This document shows, one piece after another, positions 1 through 6,916 of a stretch of 15,164 bases of DNA. The stretch covers positions 1-15,164 of the forward strand of contig JAOUFI010000053.1 of assembly GCA_029858305.1 (NCBI GenBank), read 5' to 3'. Within the stretch, counting starts at the first letter, position 1; every line of letters begins with the position of its first letter. The translations under genes and the position numbers were made by a program. This stretch comes from Candidatus Thorarchaeota archaeon. Its GTDB lineage: Archaea; Asgardarchaeota; Thorarchaeia; Thorarchaeales; Thorarchaeaceae. The notes beneath the pieces were generated by a model, which worked only from the letters and a program-made list of their open reading frames with translations, had not been told where the DNA came from and did no database searches.

Positions 1-813
1 GATGACCAGTATGTTCACCTAGATCTTCGTCATCTTGGGAAAGATAAGATACTTGAGAGACTTCCAGGCATCCGAGAGATCTCCATCTATTTCGCAGGAG
101 TGGATCCGATTGATGAACCCATTCCTGTCCGACCTGGACAGCATTATTCCATGGGCGGTATCCACTGCGATAAATATGGATTGACTCCAATAGAGGGTCT
201 CTATGCAGTTGGTGAAGCAGCTTGTATGAGTGTTCATGGAGCCAATAGACTTGGTGGAAATTCACTCCTTGAAACTCTGGTCTTTGGTCGTATTGTTGGA
301 CAGAAGGTTGCAGAGTATCTTCCTGATGCGAGTCAACCTAAATCGGCCTGCGTGGATAATGAAGCTTTCAAAATACGCCACAAACTCCAAGAACTACTGT
401 TGAAAGATAAAGGTGAGGAACCTTGGGAGATACGTGAGGTGATGGGCGATACCATGGATCGTCTTGCTGGTGTATACAGAAAAGAAAGTGATCTCAAAGC
501 TGCTTTGACAATGATTCGAGAGCTCAAACAACGTTTCAAGAATGTCTACGCCGGTCACAGTGATAAAAGATTCAACTATTCCTTGATCCGTATTCTTGAA
601 CTAGAGAACATGCTCGATCTTTGTGAGGTGATTACAATGGGGGCTCTAATGCGACGTGAAAGTCGTGGTGCTCATTGGCGGCTTGACTATCCCGAACGTG
701 ATGATGTGAATTTTCTAAAACATTCACTCTTCACAAAGGTTGAGGACTATGTGAAGACCGAGCTTATTCCTGTCAATTTAGGCATGTTTGAGGTGAAGGA
801 GAGGACCTATTGA
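1..813 (+). CDS. sdhA: Succinate dehydrogenase/fumarate reductase flavoprotein subunit, C-terminal part (5'-truncated by window)
   Basis: The frame is open from base 1 (DDQYVHLDLRHLGKDKILERLPGIREISIYFAGVDP...), so the listed GTG at 100 is internal. Family motifs are QHYSMGG, GLYAVGEAAC, VHGANRLGGNSL, RESRGAH and the C-terminal ERTY. Confidence 0.96.
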   Translation, partial: DDQYVHLDLRHLGKDKILERLPGIREISIYFAGVDPIDEPIPVRPGQHYSMGGIHCDKYGLTPIEGLYAVGEAACMSVHGANRLGGNSLLETLVFGRIVGQKVAEYLPDASQPKSACVDNEAFKIRHKLQELLLKDKGEEPWEIREVMGDTMDRLAGVYRKESDLKAALTMIRELKQRFKNVYAGHSDKRFNYSLIRILELENMLDLCEVITMGALMRRESRGAHWRLDYPERDDVNFLKHSLFTKVEDYVKTELIPVNLGMFEVKERTY

Positions 814-1547
814 TGAAAATGAGAGTTGCGCGAAGCAGAGAGGGCGGAAAAATAACACACTATGATCTGTATAAAATTGAAACAAAGAAGGGTATGACTG
901 TACTTGATGCTCTCTTTCAAATTCAAGACAAAATGGATTCTTCTATCTCATTCAGATATTCCTGCAGGGGAGCAGTGTGTGGAAGTTGTTCAATGTTGAT
1001 CAATAAGGAACCTCGTCTAGCATGTCGAACCCAACTAAGTGATGTTGGAAAACAGGCCATGAAACTAAAGACTTTCCCTGCTCTGTCTAAGACTCCAAGA
1101 GGCTGGAATCCCGAGAAAGAAATCTTGATTGAGCCTCTACCCAATATGCCTGTGCTCAAAGATCTTGTCGTGGACATGTCTAGATTCTATGATGCTCTGA
1201 TATCGATGGAGCTGTGGGTTGATTCAGTTGAAGGTGATGAACCATTTCTTCAGAGTATTGAGGAACGAAAGAAAATTGAGAGTTATGTTAATTGCATTCT
1301 ATGCGCTATCTGCTACGGTTCTTGTCCCGTTAATGCATTTAATCGACAATACATAGGACCTGCAGCTCTTGCAAAATCATTTCGTTTCTCTGAAGACAGC
1401 CGCGTTACGAATCCAGCCAGATATGTTGAAGCTGCCAAATCTGCTAACGGTGCGCCACTATGCGACTTGATAATGAATTGTGTGAAATCTTGTCCAAAGG
1501 GAGTAGCACCCGGAGGAGCAATTCGGCAGATCAAGTCTCATAGATAG
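813..1547 (+). CDS. sdhB: Succinate dehydrogenase/fumarate reductase iron-sulfur subunit
   Basis: Contains SCRGAVCGSC...LAC ([2Fe-2S]), CILCAICYGSCP ([4Fe-4S]) and CDLIMNCVKSCP ([3Fe-4S] type). ATG 813 overlaps the sdhA stop (TGATG), with SD-like GGAGAGGA at 798-805. Confidence 0.95.
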   Translation: MKMRVARSREGGKITHYDLYKIETKKGMTVLDALFQIQDKMDSSISFRYSCRGAVCGSCSMLINKEPRLACRTQLSDVGKQAMKLKTFPALSKTPRGWNPEKEILIEPLPNMPVLKDLVVDMSRFYDALISMELWVDSVEGDEPFLQSIEERKKIESYVNCILCAICYGSCPVNAFNRQYIGPAALAKSFRFSEDSRVTNPARYVEAAKSANGAPLCDLIMNCVKSCPKGVAPGGAIRQIKSHR

Positions 1548-1670
1548 AAACACGTGCCTTGATAATATGCCTCTTTGAATCAGAACTCTAGAACGCAATC
1601 GAATTTACAGGCACGAGGATTAACATGATTCTTTCCGGATGATAAATTCAGTTGTCTCTTAAAACACACA

Positions 1671-1678
1671 TATTATAA
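1671..1678 (+). promoter_or_regulatory. Putative TATA box for the membrane-protein gene
   Basis: TATTATAA preceded by an A-rich stretch, about 40 nt before SD-like GGAGAGGAG (1713-1721). Confidence 0.45.
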
Positions 1679-1767
1679 CGCGTCGGTTGCATTAGCAGCT
1701 TGACAGCATAGTGGAGAGGAGATAGCTGAGCATACAACAAGATAAGCGAGTAATTAAACCAAGTAAG

Positions 1768-2805
1768 ATGTCAGAGCGATATGCTAGGTGGTTCGAAACT
1801 CGAGTTCCATCAACATCCGCGCTTTTTCGATACATCGTAATGTTCCTGCTTGCCATTCCGATGTCTCTCATTTCTATGTTCTTGTCAACACATCTCGTGA
1901 ATCCTCTCTTCATAATAGGATTTAACCTTGGAATTGGTGTGATATTCTATCTTCTATATCTCAATATACTCCAAAGTCATTTTCGGTCACCAATTACAGA
2001 CCAGCAATTTTCCCAGATTGTAAGATCTGCTAATGATAAGATTGTCACGTGGAGAGGAATCTATGTTTGGCAGAGAGAGAGTGCTGAACCCTACATTGCA
2101 TCAACTTTCAACGCGCTCTTCGATGCAGTCATTATATCAGATACTATGATTGAGTTAGTCAAGAAAATGCCTGAGAGTGGAGAAGCATTGCTAGCTTTTC
2201 ATCTCTTGAGAGCACCAAAAAGGCGTAATGTTGCTGATTTGGTATTTGCCGCCAGCACCTTCGTCATTGCAACATTACTCTTATCATATGTTCTTCGCAG
2301 TATTCTAGCGACTTCTTACTATTTCTTCATCAGTATTGTCATCTACTCGCCCTTTCTCTTCCTTGCACCAATATTGCTGGTGCTTGCCATGAGAGGTGCT
2401 TTTTGGTTTCATGAACTTGCCTTTGAACGAGCTTCGGGCATCTATCAGATTCACCCTCAAGTGGCAAAGGATGAAGTATTATCATCCCAAAAACTAGATG
2501 ATGAAGCTTCAAAATCAACCATCTGGGTGGTTAGAGAATGGGAACGAAAGAAACGATTTGGTAGAAGATCAAGCATAAGCATTTTAGTTCTTATAGGTGC
2601 GTACTCGTTAGTTCTCTTGGCACTCACGTTCTATCCGTCAATGGTATACTATATGTATACGTCATCTCTATATTTTGTCGTTAATGTGGCCCCGTTCGTT
2701 ATAGCTCTTTTCATCTTTTTCCTATTGAGAAGATGGGACAAGAGATGTATGAATCAGCTCTACTATGAAACAACCCAAGCAGATGAACCCATTTGGGTAG
2801 ATTGA
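1768..2805 (+). CDS. Polytopic membrane protein, possible degenerate M48/HtpX-like (no HExxH); true start may be CTG 1726
   Basis: 345-aa ORF with about 6 hydrophobic segments. AVIISDTMIELVKKMPESGEALLAFHLLR parallels the M48 pattern IVVTxGLLxxL..ELxAVLAHELxH. Confidence 0.8.
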   Translation: MSERYARWFETRVPSTSALFRYIVMFLLAIPMSLISMFLSTHLVNPLFIIGFNLGIGVIFYLLYLNILQSHFRSPITDQQFSQIVRSANDKIVTWRGIYVWQRESAEPYIASTFNALFDAVIISDTMIELVKKMPESGEALLAFHLLRAPKRRNVADLVFAASTFVIATLLLSYVLRSILATSYYFFISIVIYSPFLFLAPILLVLAMRGAFWFHELAFERASGIYQIHPQVAKDEVLSSQKLDDEASKSTIWVVREWERKKRFGRRSSISILVLIGAYSLVLLALTFYPSMVYYMYTSSLYFVVNVAPFVIALFIFFLLRRWDKRCMNQLYYETTQADEPIWVD

Positions 2806-2817
2806 GAACCAAGAATC

Positions 2818-3045
2818 CTATGCTCCGCCATATTGTCGAGTTCTACTCATGGCTTCAGCATATTGCTCAGATTCTCCATCAAAGAATGCAGCATCATAAG
2901 ACTTTGAATCAAAGAGCTTTTCAGAACTTGTTCTCCCTTTTGGCTCATCGAGTGGAGGGCGACTAGAAGAGCCAGTAAATCTAGCTATCAAATAGATAGA
3001 AACAATTGAAAAAAACACGAATGCTACAAGTATTTCGGTACCCAC
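2818..3045 (-). CDS. Small single-pass membrane protein (75 aa), unknown function
   Basis: GTG start with AGGAGG SD just upstream. N-terminal hydrophobic helix ILVAFVFFSIVSIYLIA followed by a polar tail. It fills the gap between neighbours, and a TATATATA run lies at 3071-3078. Confidence 0.7.
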   Translation of the reverse strand: MGTEILVAFVFFSIVSIYLIARFTGSSSRPPLDEPKGRTSSEKLFDSKSYDAAFFDGESEQYAEAMSRTRQYGGA

Positions 3046-3092
3046 AATCTATCCTCCTGATGATTGACTGTATATATATTGAAGAATTGTTC

Positions 3093-4169
3093 TTATACAT
3101 GTTTGCGTAATCGTTTAGCTTTGTGCCCTGCTCTCTGAAATGAGGAAAAAGCATATTCTACAGGCAAATCCATCTTCTGAATCCTTTGCCTAATGATTTC
3201 GACTGTCGATTCTACTTCTTCACATAGAAGCCATTTTCGATTTAACCGCTGAGCAACAACTGCTGTTGTTCCTGTTCCAGCAAAGAAGTCTCCAACGACA
3301 TCTCCTTGGTCAGTTGCTGATTGAATCACTCGCTCTAGAAGGGCCTCCGGTTTCTGTGTCAAGAATCCTGTATATTCAACAGAACCTCCCTGTACTGGAG
3401 GAATATCGAACCACAAGTCTGAAACGGGGACTCCCAGTGTGTCCGTTAGGTATTGTTTCTTTGTGTATCTGCCATTTCTACTCCGATAAATCAAATCCTC
3501 TTCCCACCACTTATCCAGTGTTTCAATTCTGTAAAGGTAGGGTGCAGTTCTACCTCTCCATTCAAATTGCCTTCTACTCTCAGTCCTCTGAATTCCTTGG
3601 GCTTCTATCTCTATCAACCTGTATTTGCCTCTAGCATCTTCATAACTATACGGTTTCAAGGATTTTTCGTCATGATTTCTAAAGACCTGGTTTAGCTTAA
3701 ACTGCTGGCTGTTGAAGGCGTAGAGAAGAATCACATCATGCTGTGCGCCAAAGCCTCTACTCTGAGCCTTTGGGCTATTCGTCCGTTTCCAGACAATCTC
3801 GTTGACAAAATTTGTGTATCCAAATATGTCGTCTAACAGAATCTTCACGTAGTGTGATACATGCCAGTCAAGATGAACCCAGAGACTACCATTTTCTGTT
3901 AGAAGGCTTCTCATCATTCCTAGTCTGGGTTTCATGAACGAAAGGTAATCACTGACTCCTTCCCATTTGTCATTATATGTAGGAGTATCTTCGACTTTTC
4001 CAGCTGCGTCTTTTTCATCCTTGGATCTAGTCTTTAATGAGTAACTTGTCCCTGATAGAAAGGGTGGATCGATGTATATTAGTCTAAATTTTCGTCTGAG
4101 GTCCTCAATCCGCTCACACATGAATCCGAGACATTCGCCATGATGCAAATGATTTTGCCAATTTTCCAT
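3093..4169 (-). CDS. Site-specific DNA amino-methyltransferase (N6-A/N4-C), beta class, Mod-like
   Basis: Catalytic motif IV LIYIDPPF is N-terminal and SAM-binding motif I VGDFFAGTGTT is C-terminal. Also NEIVWKR, HDVILLY, VSDLWFDI and TQKPEALLERVI, which are typical of N6_N4_Mtase proteins. Confidence 0.93.
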   Translation of the reverse strand: MENWQNHLHHGECLGFMCERIEDLRRKFRLIYIDPPFLSGTSYSLKTRSKDEKDAAGKVEDTPTYNDKWEGVSDYLSFMKPRLGMMRSLLTENGSLWVHLDWHVSHYVKILLDDIFGYTNFVNEIVWKRTNSPKAQSRGFGAQHDVILLYAFNSQQFKLNQVFRNHDEKSLKPYSYEDARGKYRLIEIEAQGIQRTESRRQFEWRGRTAPYLYRIETLDKWWEEDLIYRSRNGRYTKKQYLTDTLGVPVSDLWFDIPPVQGGSVEYTGFLTQKPEALLERVIQSATDQGDVVGDFFAGTGTTAVVAQRLNRKWLLCEEVESTVEIIRQRIQKMDLPVEYAFSSFQRAGHKAKRLRKHV

Positions 4170-4225
4170 GCAAAAGATTCAGATATACTTCCTTAAGACT
4201 CCTTTCTGGGTAATGAATGAGCAGA

Positions 4226-4264
4226 TCAAGTTCCCCAATCCGTGAAATAGGAGTGGGGTATTGA
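4226..4264 (-). terminator. GC-rich hairpin downstream of rps17e (possible terminator or 3'-UTR structure)
   Basis: Minus strand reads CCCCA-C-TCC-(TATTTCAC)-GGA-T-TGGGG (4258-4233), extendable by TCAA/TTGA. It starts about 35 nt after the rps17e stop. Confidence 0.4.
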
Positions 4265-4297
4265 ACAAGTACGAATAATATGCAAGTGAATGGGAAA

Positions 4298-4543
4298 TCA
4301 CATTTCCATGTCGGTGACTTCTTCGCCAGGTTCTGCAACTTCTGCAGCTGCTCTTGCATAACCAATTTTGATTAGTCCTACAAGATAACCTGCAATGCGA
4401 TTACGAACCTTCTTAGATTGGGACTCAGTGAGCTGCTCGACAAGTCTTTTGTTAGTTTCAAAATCATCTGTGAATGTATCTGGATATTGTGCTAGCAGGC
4501 TTCTGGCTGCACTCTTTATATATCGAGGTCTAATACTACCCAA
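4298..4543 (-). CDS. rps17e: 30S ribosomal protein S17e (eS17)
   Basis: MGSIRPRYIKSAARSLLAQYPDTFTDDFETNKRLV...SKKVRNRIAGYL is the eS17 signature. The start is TTG at 4543 with SD GGTGA at 4555-4551, not the ORF-track start at 4603. Confidence 0.95.
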   Translation of the reverse strand: MGSIRPRYIKSAARSLLAQYPDTFTDDFETNKRLVEQLTESQSKKVRNRIAGYLVGLIKIGYARAAAEVAEPGEEVTDMEM

Positions 4544-4591
4544 TTCAAGCTCACCGGTATATGTATGGATGAGGCAGTGCTCTTGACTGCG

Positions 4592-4599
4592 TTTATAAA
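4592..4599. promoter_or_regulatory. Palindromic TATA box in the divergent rps17e/lig intergenic region
   Basis: TTTATAAA is its own reverse complement. It lies 49 nt from the rps17e start and 39 nt from the lig start, and is the only clear TATA in the 94-nt spacer. Confidence 0.65.
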
Positions 4600-4637
4600 G
4601 CATATGGTCGGCAACAATTCTGGGAGTTAAGAAATCG

Positions 4638-6398
4638 ATGCACTATGAGAAACTAGCTAGGGCGTATGACGAAATCGAGTCGATCTCAGGTACTCTCGAG
4701 AAGGTCAGGGTATTTTCTGAGTTACTACGAGATGCAGATACCTCTGTTGTGGACAAGATGGTAGCTCTGACCATGGGGAAGTTGCATCCAGATTGGCAAG
4801 GTGAGCCTGAGATAGGCATTGCCGAAAAAATGGCAATACAAGTCGTGGCAGCAGCAGCATCAGTTTCAGAGAGCGTTGTTCGCGAAAAATTACGGAAGAC
4901 TGGTGATATCGGTAGCACTGCTGAAGAACTCCTTCAAGATAGTGCACAAGCAACATTATTCGCTCAAGATCTGACTGTTTCAATCGTCTTCAACACCCTA
5001 GATGAAGCAGCAAAAATGAGCGGGTCTGGGAGTAATAGGGAGAAGATAGCGAAGATTGTTAGTATTCTCACTGATGCTCACCCCATCGAAGCCAGATACA
5101 TCCTACGAACTATTTCTGGTTCCCTTCGTCTTGGGCTTGGTGACATGGGGATAATGGATGCCCTTTCAATTGCATATACTGGCTCTAAGGACGCTCGTGT
5201 CGATATTGAAAATGCATTCAATGTGTGCAGCGATCTTAGTCATGTGGCTTGTAGTCTTGCTACCAAGGGAATTGATGCGGTGAAGGAAATCCGCACAGCG
5301 GTTGGAGTTCCCATCCGCATGATGGCTGCGAAGAAACTATCTGAGCCAGTTGAGATTATGGAAAAAGTTGGCAAGAGAGCTCTCGTCGAGTTCAAGTATG
5401 ATGGTGAACGTATTCAGGTCCACAAGAATCGTGATAATATTGTCTTATTTTCACGTCGTCAAGAAATCATCACTAATCAATATCCCGATGTTGTGGAGCT
5501 GATAAGAAATCATGTCAAGGCAGAAACATGCGTTTTAGAGGGCGAATGTGTAGCTATTGATCCATCAACAGGGAAGATGCGTCCTTTCCAAGAGTTGATG
5601 CGTCGCAGACGAAAAACTAACATCGAAAAGACCCAGGATGAAGTTCCTGTTGCTTTCTATATTTTTGACATGTTATTTCTAAATGGAAAAGACATCACAG
5701 AATATCCCTTGCTTGAACGTAGAAATTTGATGGAAACTTCACTCGTCATGGATGATCGAGTTCAGCTCACGACTGGAGAACTTATTGAAGCGCCTGAACG
5801 GTTGTATGAATTCTTTAAAACTGCCCTTGATACGGGTCATGAGGGAGTTATAGCAAAAGCAGTACATCAGGGCTCAAAGTATCAAGCAGGAGCCAGAAGT
5901 TGGTTGTGGATCAAGCTGAAGGCATCTTACACCGAAGGCCTTGCTGATGCAATCGATTTGGTCATTGTCGGTGCCATCCACGGTCGTGGAAAGAGAACAG
6001 GCGTCTATGGAGCAATTCTAGCATCTGCGTATGACGATATGACAGATACCTATCCAACAGTTTGCAAGATTGGTACTGGTTTCACGGAGGAGATGCTCAC
6101 AGAGTTCAAAGAACGCTTGGAAGAGCATGTACTTGAGGCTAAGAATCCTAAGGTAATTTCGGATATTGAAGCTGATATCTGGTTTGAACCGGTAGAGGTA
6201 ATTGAGGTGCTAGGTGATGAAATAACAGTGAGTCCTACTCATCCCGCTGGACGAAGCAGATTGAAAGGTGAAGGCGGACTTGCAATCAGATTTCCACGAT
6301 TCACTGGGAAGTGGCGTGATGACAAGGATCCAACACAGGCCACCACAGTTGATGACTTGATTGAGGCGTTCGAGAAACAAAGAGGTATAAAGCAATAA
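4638..6398 (+). CDS. lig: ATP-dependent DNA ligase (archaeal LigI type)
   Basis: 586 aa. Motif I EFKYDGER, III LEGE, IIIa YIFDML, IV EGVIAK, V WIKLK and VI AIRFPRF...RDDK, plus an N-terminal DNA-binding domain. Confidence 0.97.
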   Translation: MHYEKLARAYDEIESISGTLEKVRVFSELLRDADTSVVDKMVALTMGKLHPDWQGEPEIGIAEKMAIQVVAAAASVSESVVREKLRKTGDIGSTAEELLQDSAQATLFAQDLTVSIVFNTLDEAAKMSGSGSNREKIAKIVSILTDAHPIEARYILRTISGSLRLGLGDMGIMDALSIAYTGSKDARVDIENAFNVCSDLSHVACSLATKGIDAVKEIRTAVGVPIRMMAAKKLSEPVEIMEKVGKRALVEFKYDGERIQVHKNRDNIVLFSRRQEIITNQYPDVVELIRNHVKAETCVLEGECVAIDPSTGKMRPFQELMRRRRKTNIEKTQDEVPVAFYIFDMLFLNGKDITEYPLLERRNLMETSLVMDDRVQLTTGELIEAPERLYEFFKTALDTGHEGVIAKAVHQGSKYQAGARSWLWIKLKASYTEGLADAIDLVIVGAIHGRGKRTGVYGAILASAYDDMTDTYPTVCKIGTGFTEEMLTEFKERLEEHVLEAKNPKVISDIEADIWFEPVEVIEVLGDEITVSPTHPAGRSRLKGEGGLAIRFPRFTGKWRDDKDPTQATTVDDLIEAFEKQRGIKQ

Positions 6399-6466
6399 AA
6401 GAGTCGCTTCCGACAGTTTTACATGTAACACATACGGATGCCCGATTAGCATCTGGAGGTATCAGA

Positions 6467-6916
6467 TTGTATAGCGTACACGTCAAGGATCAAAGGATGC
6501 ATTTTAGTGCCTCACACTTCCTACGTTTCTGTGGAGATTGTGAACACCTTCATGGTCACAATTACACACTCGAGGTCTTTATCACAGGTCCTCTCAACGA
6601 AGATGGAATGGTTGTCGATTTCAAAGAAGTCAAAGAGGAGGCTATAAGAATCTGCAATACGCTTGATCATAAAGTCATGCTACCTGGAGATTCCTCTACG
6701 ATATCCATAATGGCTGAAAACGGATTCATTGAAGTCAAGGTGGCATCTAAAAGGTATGTGTTTCCTGAAGATGAATGCATTGTAATCCCTACTAAAGCCA
6801 CAACTGCAGAACTCCTTGCGAAATACATTCATGGACACCTCAAATACACTAACGACTACAAAGTTCAGGTCTGTGTGAGTGAGAGTACAGGCTCTACAAG
6901 TTGTTATGAAGACTAA
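6467..6916 (+). CDS. queD: 6-carboxytetrahydropterin synthase / PTPS family protein (COG0720)
   Basis: FSASH, CEHLHGHNY, GMVVDF, LDHK and TTAELLA. TTG start with SD GGAGGT at 6455-6460. Confidence 0.9.
   Translation: MYSVHVKDQRMHFSASHFLRFCGDCEHLHGHNYTLEVFITGPLNEDGMVVDFKEVKEEAIRICNTLDHKVMLPGDSSTISIMAENGFIEVKVASKRYVFPEDECIVIPTKATTAELLAKYIHGHLKYTNDYKVQVCVSESTGSTSCYED

Noticed and set aside
817-835. 17/19-nt match between the sdhB 5' end (AAATGAGAGTTGCGCGAAG) and the start of the 12101 gene (AAATGAGGGTTGCACGAAG), both encoding MRVAR
   Set aside because: The match is short, the genes are unrelated and the similarity does not extend. It is most likely chance.
1553-1615. SECIS element interpretation of the post-sdhB hairpin
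   Set aside because: No in-frame TGA at a Cys position occurs in the visible sdhA/sdhB, and there is no clear AUGA/GA core.
4114-4365. 83-aa minus-strand ORF as a frameshifted N-terminus of the methyltransferase
   Set aside because: It overlaps rps17e and a hairpin, and the MTase already begins just before its first conserved strand (WQNHLHHGE). No convincing slippery site was seen.
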